DNA of 64,000 nucleotides, from positions 71,883 through 135,882 of the forward strand of contig JAHDIQ010000010.1 in the NCBI GenBank assembly GCA_020630715.1, read 5' to 3'. The stretch comes from Nonlabens sp. (GTDB lineage: Bacteria > Bacteroidota > Bacteroidia > Flavobacteriales > Flavobacteriaceae). The notes beneath the pieces were generated by a model. It was not told the origin of the DNA. It searched no databases and saw nothing but the letters and a program-made list of their open reading frames with translations. Each line of letters starts with the position of its first letter. The stretch's first letter is position 1. This document shows positions 10,216-19,790 of this stretch, piece by piece. A program made the translations under genes and the position numbers.

Positions 10216-10595
10216 TTCTTTTTTACTGGATTCATGCGCATCACATCCTTAACGATGGTATCTGTTTTACGCATATCGATATTGTATTCCTTTTTAGTAA
10301 TTACGGCCATATAAGAATGAGTAGTATCTGCTCCTTTAAGAGGTATGAGCGTTAATAAATCTTTCTTGCTTTTTGCAGGTATGGTAGTAATTAAAGGGCG
10401 ATCTGCACTACGTCTAAAACCACTACTGGTTACTTTAAAGAATAGATCTAAATCTTTATCTGTTACATTCTCTGCAACGTAGGTAATTTTCTTATGACCG
10501 GTGCGCACCGTAATCTCGATGCCTTCTGGTTGTTGATTAGATCCTACGATAGATACAAAAAAGGTTAGTGGAATAAGAAATTTTAATAATTGCAT
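10212..10595 (-). CDS. Secreted hypothetical protein
   Basis: 127 aa. N-terminal signal peptide MQLLKFLIPLTFFVSIVGS. Convergent with wzx, with a 4-nt end overlap. Confidence 0.5.
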   Translation of the reverse strand: MQLLKFLIPLTFFVSIVGSNQQPEGIEITVRTGHKKITYVAENVTDKDLDLFFKVTSSGFRRSADRPLITTIPAKSKKDLLTLIPLKGADTTHSYMAVITKKEYNIDMRKTDTIVKDVMRMNPVKKN

Positions 10596-10597
10596 GG

Positions 10598-10993
10598 TTA
10601 TTCTTTAGAAAGGTTTGATTTAAAGGTATTGAATTCTTTCTCTACAAAATCATTGCCAAATTTTTTCTTCACCTCATTATTCATTGCAGTAGCATAACAA
10701 ATTTCTGACGGTAAAACAGCACATCCTTTAGTTTCAAATTTGATATTATAAGTAAGTAGCATGTGACGATGAAATGCTTGATTTACGGCAAATGGATTTT
10801 GAACCAGTCCATAACTTACTTGGATAAATTCTCCATTTGATGCCATATTTTCTGCTTTTGCTTTAATCACATCACAATCTTGATACTGTAGATGGTATTT
10901 TTCCATGGTCACTGCAACTATGGAATCATTAGATTGCTGGGCATAACTTTGGCTTGCAAGTAAAAGGCTAAAAAGCAGTGATATATTTTTCAT
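10598..10993 (-). CDS. Secreted hypothetical protein
   Basis: 131 aa. Signal peptide MKNISLLFSLLLASQSYAQ. 2 nt upstream of 10212..10595. Confidence 0.5.
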   Translation of the reverse strand: MKNISLLFSLLLASQSYAQQSNDSIVAVTMEKYHLQYQDCDVIKAKAENMASNGEFIQVSYGLVQNPFAVNQAFHRHMLLTYNIKFETKGCAVLPSEICYATAMNNEVKKKFGNDFVEKEFNTFKSNLSKE

Positions 10994-11096
10994 TTGGCTA
11001 TTTATTTATGAGTTGCAATTTTCATGCCTATCAGGTGACCATTATATTTGTAAAGTTACGTCATCTTGTTTTTATGAATTAGGTGATAAGGTATTT

Positions 11097-11112
11097 CGCT
11101 TTCGCGAAAGCG
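11097..11112. repeat. Palindrome family copy 4 (16/16)
   Basis: Intergenic, 24 nt upstream of the exonuclease ATG at 11136. Confidence 0.95.
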
Positions 11113-11135
11113 TAATTTTTAACAACACTACCATT

Positions 11136-11906
11136 ATGAAACTGAACCTACACAGACCCATTTGCTTTTTTGACCTAGAAACTACAGGTACCAACATTTC
11201 AAAAGATCGAATCGTAGAGATTTCCATTCATAAAGTGTTTCCTGATGGTGAGGAAAAAACATATACCTATAGAGTAAATCCTACCGTTCCTATTCCTGCG
11301 GTAACTACGGCTGTACATGGAATTAGCGATGATATGGTAAAGGATGAACTTACCTTTAAAGAGCGTGCTCACGAGATTCATAAGATCATTAAGGATAGTG
11401 ATCTGGCCGGATTTAATTCAAATCGTTTTGATATTCCATTACTTGCAGAAGAAATGTTACGTGCAGGCGTGGACTTTGATATGGGAAATAGAAATGCCAT
11501 AGATGTACAAAATATCTTTCATAAAATGGAGCAACGTACACTGGTTGCGGCATATAAATTTTATTGCGACAAAGATCTTACAGATGCTCACAGTGCAGAG
11601 GCTGATACTATCGCTACCTATGAAGTGCTTAAAGGACAACTGGATCGTTATCCAGAATTACAAAACGACATGAAATCCCTAGCCGAGTTTTCTACCAGAA
11701 GAAAACCAGTGGATTTTGCAGGAATGCTAGCCTTTAATGATAAAGGAGAAGAATGTTTCAACTTTGGTAAACATAAAGGGAAACGTATCGTTGATGTGTT
11801 AGAAAATGAACCTGGTTATTACAGCTGGATTCAAAATGCAGATTTCCCATTGTATACTAAGAAAGTTCTTACAGCGATTAAATTACGTGCACTTACTCAA
11901 CGATAA
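11136..11906 (+). CDS. DnaQ/DEDDh-family 3'-5' exonuclease
   Basis: FFDLETTG (Exo I), HGISD (Exo II region), HSAEADT (Exo III HxAxxD). I moved the start to the ATG at 11136 (MKLNLHRP...) because the track extension 11013-11135 runs through an intergenic palindrome copy. Confidence 0.8.
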   Translation: MKLNLHRPICFFDLETTGTNISKDRIVEISIHKVFPDGEEKTYTYRVNPTVPIPAVTTAVHGISDDMVKDELTFKERAHEIHKIIKDSDLAGFNSNRFDIPLLAEEMLRAGVDFDMGNRNAIDVQNIFHKMEQRTLVAAYKFYCDKDLTDAHSAEADTIATYEVLKGQLDRYPELQNDMKSLAEFSTRRKPVDFAGMLAFNDKGEECFNFGKHKGKRIVDVLENEPGYYSWIQNADFPLYTKKVLTAIKLRALTQR

Positions 11907-11982
11907 TTGTTGAGGTGTATTTTAGTTTATAATTACAGTAATAAGTTGATAAATAATGGTTTATAATTTTATCAAAACCTAA

Positions 11983-12016
11983 TTGATATATCATGTTGAG
12001 TTTTTAGTTACATTTG
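11983..12016 (+). promoter_or_regulatory. Candidate promoter of the regulator gene (TTG at 11983-11985, -7 box TACATTTG at 12009-12016)
   Basis: Exact TAnnTTTG match. The TTG lies 23 nt upstream, slightly wider than the usual spacing. Confidence 0.3.
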
Positions 12017-14824
12017 AGAAACTCAACGATCTTGAAAAACCTAAACTTTTTATTCATTCTTATAGGTTTCTTTTTTCATTGCCATGCGCAAGAGTTACCA
12101 CCTACACAGTATTTTAATCCATCAGTCTATGAGGCTGGTAATCAAAACTGGATGATCGCAGAATCTGATGATCATCAAATTTATATAGCTAATAATAAAG
12201 GATTGTTAGTCTACAATGGAGCTCAGTGGAATCTCTATAAAACTCCTAATGAAAGCATCATGCGATCTGTAAAAATTGATGGTGATCGTGTTTATACAGG
12301 ATGTTATATGGATTTTGGTTACTGGGAAGCAAATGCTACTGGTAGGTTGTCCTATACATCAATTCTGGAACAAACTGGGTTTAGTGTTGAGGAAGATGAA
12401 CAATTCTGGAACATATCTGTTCAGGAGGATTATGTGCTTTTCCAGTCGTTATCCCATATTTATCTGTATGATAAAGAGAAAAATACTATTTCTCCTATCG
12501 TTCAGGATGTGACTATTCATAAATTCTTTACCGTAGAAAGTTCTTTTTATTATCAGGTATTAGGTGAAGGTTTGTATCAAGTTTCAAACGGTAATTCCCA
12601 ATTACTTAGTAGTCAGTCAATTATTAAGGATAAGCCAGTAGTTCATATGTTTGAGCAAAATGGGATGATTTATGTCGTTACAGAGGATTCGGCAATTTAT
12701 GCTCTTAAAGATGATAATGTATCATTGACTAGTAAGTTACAGTTTGATAAACCGGTAACTCTATATAGTGCAGAAGCCTTAGATGATGGGTCTTTATTAT
12801 TAGGAACCATATCCAGTGGCGTCATATCTTCAAATTTAGACGGTAGTGTTAATTACAGCATTAATCAGAATAGTGGATTGGGCAATAATACCTGTCTTTC
12901 TGTTTTTCAGGACAGTAAGAATAATATTTGGTTAGGACTAGATAACGGTTTGAGTTGTGTGAATCAAGATTCATCGTATTTGTTCTATAGAGATCGAGAC
13001 GGTAGTTTAGGAACCGTTTACGCATCTGCAAAATTTGAAAACAAAGTCTTTATAGGAACAAACCAAGGGCTGTTTTCAAAAAATGTCAACGAGAAAGAGT
13101 TTAATTTTATAGAAGGAAGTGCTGGACAAGTATGGTCATTAGATGTGATTGATAATACATTATTTTGCAGTCATAACCTAGGTCTATTTGCACTAGTAAA
13201 TGATCGTTTAGAGTTAGTACATAATACAGGTTCATGGCAAGTTCAGTCTGTACCTGGTAAAATAAATAGTGTACTAGTAGGATCTTATAAAGGCCTTTAT
13301 TTAATAGAGAAAAGAAATAATAGGTGGCAGTTTGAAACTTATGTAGAAGGTTTTAATATCAGTTCAAAGGATGTGGTTATTGAAAGTGATCAAACGGTAT
13401 ATGTAAACCATGAATATAAAGGTGTATTTAAATTAATACTGAATGACTCTTTAAATAAAGTGGTTACGAGTTCTGTAGTTGCTGAATTGCATAAAGGAAT
13501 AGGAAGTGATATGGCCTTATATGACGATGTGTTGTTTTATGCAAAACGAGATACCGTTTTCACAAAAAGCCGTTCTTCTGCTACATTTAGTTATGACCCA
13601 TTACTGAGTGAGCTTTTTAAATCTTCAGAATATACCTCAGGAAGCCTTGAAGTTTCTGGTAATTATTTATGGTGTTTTAATACTAATTACATTCATAGAA
13701 TTGAGTTTGAGGATATCAACGGAGATTATAAGATTAAAAAAATTAAGTATCCTAAAGTAGTAAGAAAGGAAAATACAGGTTATGAGAATTTAACCATGAT
13801 GACTCCTAAAACCTACTTGATAGGATCGTCCTTTGGTTACTCACTATTTGACGACTCTAAGGGTAATTTTGAAGAAGATTTAAACGTTTTTATTTCTAGT
13901 GCTAGTCATATAAAAGAGAATGATTTAAAAACGCTATCCCTTACAGAACCCGTAACTATAGATTACGAGGGAAGTAATATTCAAATTTCATATGCTGTAA
14001 ATAATTATGACGCCACGCGTGTAGTAGAATATCAGCATCAATTATTGAAAAATGATAAAGTAGTTAGTGGCTGGAGCGATTTGACAACTAGCAATACTGT
14101 ATCCTTTGAAAGTTTGCGTTTTGGTGATTATGAATTTGAGGTGCGTTTTAAGAAAATAGATGAGTCACTAAGTGATCCGGCAAGCTATTCATTTACCATA
14201 GGAAGACCTTATTATCTTACTAATACTGCGATCGTTATTTATATTATTCTTACGATACTGCTAGTTGCATTATTGAATGGCTTTTACATCTGGTACTTTA
14301 AGCGACAAAAGAAAAGAGCCCTACAAAAACAGCAAAAAGAATTAGAGTTGCAAAACCTTACTAATGAAAAGAATATCATTGAACTGCGTAATGCAAAACT
14401 ACGCAGTGATATAGAACATAGAAACAGAGAACTTGCCGTTTCAACCATGGCAATGATTAGAAAGAATGAAACTTTAAATGAGTTGAAGAACGAGTTACAA
14501 AAACTCCCTAAAGACAATGCAACCTCTTCACTTAAGAAAATGCTGGATAAAAATTTAAACAGCAAGCAGGATTGGATCACTTTTGAGGAAGCATTTAATA
14601 ATGCAGACAAGGATTTCTTTAAAAAGATCAAGGAGAAACATCCGTCTCTTTCTTCTGGCGATCTCAGACTATGTGTTTATTTAAGATTGAACTTATCATC
14701 AAAAGAAATTGCACCGCTTCTTAATATTTCTCCTAGAAGTGTAGAGATAAAGCGATATCGTTTGCGTAAAAAACTAGGTTTAACGCGTAATGATAGCCTT
14801 ACCAGTTACATTGTTGAGATTTAA
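12014..14824 (+). CDS. One-component transmembrane regulator: periplasmic beta-propeller-type sensor repeats + Y_Y_Y region + TM helix + coiled coil + C-terminal LuxR-type HTH
   Basis: 936 aa. Signal peptide, long repeat-rich sensor, TM segment TAIVIYIILTILLVALLNGFYIWYF, C-terminal LSSGDLRLCVYLRLNLSSKEIAPLLNISPRSVEIKRYRLRKKLGL. No kinase or receiver motifs seen. The start is ambiguous: the TTG at 12014 overlaps the putative -7 box, and the TTG at 12032 would give MKNLNFLFIL... Confidence 0.8.
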   Translation: MRNSTILKNLNFLFILIGFFFHCHAQELPPTQYFNPSVYEAGNQNWMIAESDDHQIYIANNKGLLVYNGAQWNLYKTPNESIMRSVKIDGDRVYTGCYMDFGYWEANATGRLSYTSILEQTGFSVEEDEQFWNISVQEDYVLFQSLSHIYLYDKEKNTISPIVQDVTIHKFFTVESSFYYQVLGEGLYQVSNGNSQLLSSQSIIKDKPVVHMFEQNGMIYVVTEDSAIYALKDDNVSLTSKLQFDKPVTLYSAEALDDGSLLLGTISSGVISSNLDGSVNYSINQNSGLGNNTCLSVFQDSKNNIWLGLDNGLSCVNQDSSYLFYRDRDGSLGTVYASAKFENKVFIGTNQGLFSKNVNEKEFNFIEGSAGQVWSLDVIDNTLFCSHNLGLFALVNDRLELVHNTGSWQVQSVPGKINSVLVGSYKGLYLIEKRNNRWQFETYVEGFNISSKDVVIESDQTVYVNHEYKGVFKLILNDSLNKVVTSSVVAELHKGIGSDMALYDDVLFYAKRDTVFTKSRSSATFSYDPLLSELFKSSEYTSGSLEVSGNYLWCFNTNYIHRIEFEDINGDYKIKKIKYPKVVRKENTGYENLTMMTPKTYLIGSSFGYSLFDDSKGNFEEDLNVFISSASHIKENDLKTLSLTEPVTIDYEGSNIQISYAVNNYDATRVVEYQHQLLKNDKVVSGWSDLTTSNTVSFESLRFGDYEFEVRFKKIDESLSDPASYSFTIGRPYYLTNTAIVIYIILTILLVALLNGFYIWYFKRQKKRALQKQQKELELQNLTNEKNIIELRNAKLRSDIEHRNRELAVSTMAMIRKNETLNELKNELQKLPKDNATSSLKKMLDKNLNSKQDWITFEEAFNNADKDFFKKIKEKHPSLSSGDLRLCVYLRLNLSSKEIAPLLNISPRSVEIKRYRLRKKLGLTRNDSLTSYIVEI

Positions 14825-14944
14825 AGCCTATTTTTTACTTTAAAAAAACTTTACAATAACTATACAGATTGTTGATTTTGTTAAAGTTGAGATCTTGTTT
14901 AATTATGATTAAAATACTGTAAATTAAGTGTTTATGTTTTATTT

Positions 14945-14960
14945 CGCTTTTGCGAAAGCG
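14945..14960. repeat. Palindrome family copy 5 (15/16: CGCTTTTGCGAAAGCG)
   Basis: Intergenic, 146 nt upstream of the 15106 ATG. Confidence 0.85.
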
Positions 14961-15105
14961 TTATATCCAGAAATTTCACTTGTATAATTTGAGTATAGGT
15001 GAGCAAGTGTTGTATTTGTCATATTCTATTATACATTTACAAGTATGAAGTTGTTTAAACAAACAGCCTCAAATAGATTTCAACCAAATAACTAAAAATA
15101 TAGAT

Positions 15106-18100
15106 ATGAAGAAAATTCTTCTAACAGTTATTGTAACCTTGATTACATCGACGTTTGTCCTAGGACAATCGCAAAATGTTAAAGTGGTTCAAAATGCAAG
15201 TGGTCACACCTTAACCGTAGATGGTAAGCCGTTTATGATTAACGGTATGAACTGGGATTATATTCCGGTAGGTGCTAACTACTCTTATGATTTCTGGTCT
15301 AAATCAGATACATTCATTAAAGCTGCTTTAGATTCAGAAATGTCTCTTTTGCAGAATATGAACGTAAATGTTATCAGAGTTTATACGGGAATACAACCTA
15401 AATGGGTGGAGTATATTTATGAGAAATATGGTATTTATACGATGTTAAACCATTCTTTTGGTAGATATGGATTAACTCTAGATGGAGTATGGATACCTAA
15501 CACGGAATATTCAAATCCTGCTGCAAGAAAGTTTTTACTAGCTGAAGCTACAAAAATGGTAAACGATTTTAAGGATACACCAGGTCTTTTAATGTTTATG
15601 TTAGGTAATGAAAATAATTACGGACTTTCCTGGGGTGGTGCTGCTACAGAAGATATTCCTATTGAAACGGAAGGTACGGTCATCACTCGTGCCAGAGCGA
15701 TGTACAAAGTGATGAATGAGGCAACTCTTGCCATGAAAAAGATAGATAGTTCACATCCTATAGCCATATGTAATGGTGACTTGTTGTATTTAGATCTAGT
15801 AAAAGAGCATTGTCCTGATATTGATATTTATGCTACTAATATGTATCGTGGGGTATCTTTTGGTGATGCATTTCAACGCGTTGCAGATGAGTTAGAGAAA
15901 CCTATTATGTTTTCAGAATTTGGTTCAGATGCCTTTAATGCTTTAAGCATGAAAGAAGATCAAAAGATGCAATCTTACTATGTAGTAAATAACTGGAAAG
16001 AGATTTACGCAAACGCAGCTGGTCTAGGAAAAGCAAATAACTCTATTGGTGGTTTCACCTTCCAGTTTAGTGATGGATGGTGGAAAGTAGGACAAACGAA
16101 AGATTTAGATATTCATAATTCAGATGCGGTATGGACAAGTGGTGGATATACCTTAGATACTGAGAATGGTTCAAAAAACATGAATGAAGAGTATTTTGGA
16201 ATATGTGCAAAAGGAAAGTCAGACGCACGTGGTCTATATACTTTGTATCCTAGAGCAGCATATTATGCTCTAAAGGATGTTCACAGTTTAAATCCTTACG
16301 GTGCTGGAATTGATGCCGCATTTGTGGATAATTACTTTGATGGGATTAATCTCATGGAATATGTTTTACAAGCACGTGGTGATAAGGCAGCGGCGGGAAC
16401 TGGTGGTGATGGTGAAATGTTACGTATAAGTAATTTAAGCGCACGCTTTACAACCTTTAATACTGGCGGGACTCTTATAACGACTCCTGATAATCAAGAT
16501 CCTACAGCTAATATTACACCTAATCAATTAGGCTTTGATCATATGCAATCCTACTTTGTAGGAGTCGAGGGAAAACCTGCCGCAAATATGAGAGCAAAGG
16601 TGGATTTAAACATTACCGGAAATGTAGCTCAAAACCCTATCGACGAAATATTCTATGAAAATAGAGCAAGACCAGTAATAGTTGAAGGAGCAAATGGTGA
16701 AGATGTTACTCTAATTGATAATAACCGTTTACAAGTCTATCAAGCAGAATTTGAATGGAATGCAAAAGAGTTTGATCTAAGAGGTTTTTATAGAACCGGT
16801 CACTACCATTGGGGTTATGAAGGTGATTTCTTTAACCTTTATCCAGAAGCAAATTATGGTCCTAATCTGGACATCTATGGAGGAGAAATTTTAGGAGCTG
16901 AGATAGATGGAAAGGGTGTTTTCCAAGGTTTAAAAGCAGCCGTAGGTCCACAATTATGGTGGGGCGCAAATCCTACGATGTTATTTAAATATAGAAAACA
17001 AATAGGTAAATGGGATGTAGCCGGTATTTATCACCGTGATTTTGATCGTAATACAGAATTTGATCCTATTACTGGTGCTCGAGTTATTGATCCAGTGCAA
17101 GCTCGTAGTGGTATTATACCACCATGGGCTACAGAGCGTGCGACTCTTGCAATTCAGAGAGACTTCGGGAAATTTGGTATTATGGTTGGTGGAATTTGGG
17201 GTGGAAGTCCTTTAAATGGATTAGCTTATCAGGATTTTACTGGTGAATCAGGCAATTATACTGTTTTTGAGGATAGAATTAATTCTAATGATAATTGGGG
17301 TGGAAAGGTAAAATTAACTTATGAAGGAGGAAGATTTAACTGGTATGGTCAGGCATCTGCTATGGGATTAGTAGCAAACGGTGGTGCAGATCAAACTCAA
17401 ACTTTCACAGGATGGAGATTAAAAGATAGTGGTAGTGGTAACATGACTAATGTATTATCTGGTTTCACCTATTCAATGGGAGATCTTCAAATTGCTCCTA
17501 ATTTTATGTGGCAAAAACCACTAGTAGATGCGATTCCTAATGATATCGACGGACCAGGAAGATTACGTAATGTAATAGATGATCCATTTGCAGTGAGAAA
17601 TGGTAATCGTGAAATGACAGCAGGTGAGATACTTTTAACTTATGATCCTACACCAGGAACCTGGATGTATCAATGGGATAACGATAGAGCCGAGGATGCA
17701 AAATTTGCAATGAACCTAGGTTTTGTATACCGTCACTTGCCTACAAATATGGATGCACACATAGGTTTCCTAGCAGATCGTACATTCTTTGCATTTCCTA
17801 CCGCTGCACCAGCAGAGGATTTATGGGAGATTAATTCTAGAATGGTCTCAAAATTAAATCCTGAACTTGGTCTTATTGCTAATATGTATTACGGTAATGG
17901 TCAGGCAAATGGTGACTCTGATAGAACGATTACTAGATATGGTGGAGATGTGAGAGCGATTTACAAGAATTTTAAATTAGAAACTCACGCTAGGTTTAAC
18001 GATTGGGGTCCATTTGATTATCATAGAGATTTCAACCTTACGTTTCCTTATCAATTTATGCTAGATATTTCAACAAGTTTAGGAAAACCTGACTGGTTTA

Positions 18101-18288
18101 TTCTACCTAGCACTCGTATAGGTCTAAGAGGAACCTTTAGAGGTTTAAATGAGTTCTCTCCTAGATTTGCGCCTGCTTCAATTCCTGCAGGTACATTTCC
18201 AGCGATTAACCCAGGAAGTGCCGTAGGATTCCCTAACGGATCTGAATGGGAAATCAGAACCTATGTTCACATAAATATTGGTCAATAA
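15106..18288 (+). CDS. Secreted fusion protein: N-terminal clan GH-A (GH2-C / GH158 / GH72-like) TIM-barrel glycosidase-like domain + ~620-aa beta-barrel-like C-terminal region
   Basis: 1060 aa. Signal peptide MKKILLTVIVTLITSTFVLGQ. LTVDGKPFMINGMNW, NVNVIRVY, MLGNENNYG (acid/base-like NE, ~15604-15618), MFSEFGSDAF (nucleophile-like E, ~15910-15924), FQFSDGWW. The C-terminal part is rich in alternating-hydrophobic strands (AKFAMNLGFVYRH, FKLETHARF, EWEIRTYVHINIGQ at the terminus). Confidence 0.6.
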   Translation: MKKILLTVIVTLITSTFVLGQSQNVKVVQNASGHTLTVDGKPFMINGMNWDYIPVGANYSYDFWSKSDTFIKAALDSEMSLLQNMNVNVIRVYTGIQPKWVEYIYEKYGIYTMLNHSFGRYGLTLDGVWIPNTEYSNPAARKFLLAEATKMVNDFKDTPGLLMFMLGNENNYGLSWGGAATEDIPIETEGTVITRARAMYKVMNEATLAMKKIDSSHPIAICNGDLLYLDLVKEHCPDIDIYATNMYRGVSFGDAFQRVADELEKPIMFSEFGSDAFNALSMKEDQKMQSYYVVNNWKEIYANAAGLGKANNSIGGFTFQFSDGWWKVGQTKDLDIHNSDAVWTSGGYTLDTENGSKNMNEEYFGICAKGKSDARGLYTLYPRAAYYALKDVHSLNPYGAGIDAAFVDNYFDGINLMEYVLQARGDKAAAGTGGDGEMLRISNLSARFTTFNTGGTLITTPDNQDPTANITPNQLGFDHMQSYFVGVEGKPAANMRAKVDLNITGNVAQNPIDEIFYENRARPVIVEGANGEDVTLIDNNRLQVYQAEFEWNAKEFDLRGFYRTGHYHWGYEGDFFNLYPEANYGPNLDIYGGEILGAEIDGKGVFQGLKAAVGPQLWWGANPTMLFKYRKQIGKWDVAGIYHRDFDRNTEFDPITGARVIDPVQARSGIIPPWATERATLAIQRDFGKFGIMVGGIWGGSPLNGLAYQDFTGESGNYTVFEDRINSNDNWGGKVKLTYEGGRFNWYGQASAMGLVANGGADQTQTFTGWRLKDSGSGNMTNVLSGFTYSMGDLQIAPNFMWQKPLVDAIPNDIDGPGRLRNVIDDPFAVRNGNREMTAGEILLTYDPTPGTWMYQWDNDRAEDAKFAMNLGFVYRHLPTNMDAHIGFLADRTFFAFPTAAPAEDLWEINSRMVSKLNPELGLIANMYYGNGQANGDSDRTITRYGGDVRAIYKNFKLETHARFNDWGPFDYHRDFNLTFPYQFMLDISTSLGKPDWFILPSTRIGLRGTFRGLNEFSPRFAPASIPAGTFPAINPGSAVGFPNGSEWEIRTYVHINIGQ

Positions 18289-18291
18289 AAG

Positions 18292-19764
18292 ATGCAAAAG
18301 ATGAAAAATATAATAACAAAAAGCAATTTAATCTACCTAATAGCTCTTGTGCTAGTGGTAGGTTGTGAGAGAGAATTGTCTGACGATGCGGTTTTAGCCT
18401 CTTTTCCTAAAAAAGGAGAAATATTTACAGATAACTTTGTAAGTATGGGAAGTGATTTTTACTTTCCTTTTGCTGATGCAAAACCAGATGTATTTTCTGT
18501 AGATATGGAAGAAGGTTATGAAAGTGATGCTTCTATACGCATAGATGTTCCTAACGCTAATGATCCTACTGGTGGTTATGCTGGTGCAATTTTTAGAACA
18601 GATGCTGGCCCTAGGGATTTAAGCGGTTTTGACGCACTAACTTTTTGGGCCAAAGCGTCCCAAGGAGTATCTATTGGTGAATTTGGTTTTGGGTTAGATT
18701 TTGAAGGTGATGTTCATAGAGCTTCCAGGTCTAATGTAAGCTTAAGTACTAGCTGGCAAAAAATCACAATCCCTATTCCAGATGCGTCAAAATTAACTCA
18801 GGAAAGAGGTATGTTCTGGTTTGCTGCAGGTACTCAAGGTACTGGTGGTAATGCTTATACTTTTTGGGTTGATGAAATACAGTTTGAAACTTTAGGAACT
18901 TTAAGACTTGAGAATCCATTTATTTTTGATGGACAGGATTTGTCTAGAGATGTTTTTATAGGAGAAGCAATCGCTTTTGAAAATGTAGGTGTTGTTTTTA
19001 ATTTAGAAAATGGTCAAAATGTTTCTGTTGTTGCTGCACCTGCATACTTTGATTTTGAAACAACTGATGCAACAGTTACTGGACCTATTGTGATTAACAA
19101 CGCTGGTCAAGCAGTAGCACCTATAATATCTAGTAACGGAACGGCCGTTTTAACAGCAACACTAGCTAACACGCTCGCGATGGGTTCATTTACCGTTAAT
19201 GCGGTAGGTGCCTTTCCTCATGCACCAGTTCCTAATAGACCAGCAGCTAATGTGGTTTCATTATTTAGTGATGCTTATGCAAATGTACCCGTTAGACATT
19301 ATAATGGATTTTTTGCACCTTTTCAAACTACCCAAGGTGGTGCTGGTTCAGATCCTAACAACGTAGATATTCAAGCACCATTTGCAAATGGAACACTAGA
19401 TAATATCATTAACTATACGTCATTCAATTTTGTTAGTATAGGAATGTATGAGACGGTATCGCTAGTTGATGTGAGTAGCGCAACTCATTTACATGTTGAC
19501 ATAAACATTAGAGAAAACGTAGATCCAGGAGATTTTATTAGGTTAGAATTAGAAAGTGGAACAGGTGGAACTACATCTGGCGGTTCTTTTACCTTAACCT
19601 CTGCGATGCTCAATAACGTAGATGCAAATGGATGGTTTAGTATGGATATTCCACTATCTAACTTCCCTGGATTTAATGACCCAGCTAACCTAGGTCAGGT
19701 ATTCTTTGTGTCGGATAATACCATTACAGACATTTGGGTAGATAATGTGTATTTCTACAACTAA
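18292..19764 (+). CDS. Surface lipoprotein with two CBM-like beta-sandwich domains and an Ig-like linker (candidate glycan-binding protein)
   Basis: 490 aa. Lipobox LVVGC. Starts 3 nt after the 15106 gene. YTFWVDEIQFETLG and ANVVSLFSDAYANVPV...IWVDNVYFYN are typical ends of carbohydrate-binding jelly-roll domains. Confidence 0.6.
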   Translation: MQKMKNIITKSNLIYLIALVLVVGCERELSDDAVLASFPKKGEIFTDNFVSMGSDFYFPFADAKPDVFSVDMEEGYESDASIRIDVPNANDPTGGYAGAIFRTDAGPRDLSGFDALTFWAKASQGVSIGEFGFGLDFEGDVHRASRSNVSLSTSWQKITIPIPDASKLTQERGMFWFAAGTQGTGGNAYTFWVDEIQFETLGTLRLENPFIFDGQDLSRDVFIGEAIAFENVGVVFNLENGQNVSVVAAPAYFDFETTDATVTGPIVINNAGQAVAPIISSNGTAVLTATLANTLAMGSFTVNAVGAFPHAPVPNRPAANVVSLFSDAYANVPVRHYNGFFAPFQTTQGGAGSDPNNVDIQAPFANGTLDNIINYTSFNFVSIGMYETVSLVDVSSATHLHVDINIRENVDPGDFIRLELESGTGGTTSGGSFTLTSAMLNNVDANGWFSMDIPLSNFPGFNDPANLGQVFFVSDNTITDIWVDNVYFYN

Positions 19765-19790
19765 AAATAAAGATTTAAAAACGTATTAGA

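Noticed and set aside
11013-11135. N-terminal extension of the exonuclease ORF in the track.
   Set aside because: The extension runs through an intergenic-type palindrome copy and overlaps the region next to the divergent gene. The conserved exonuclease sequence begins right after the ATG at 11136.
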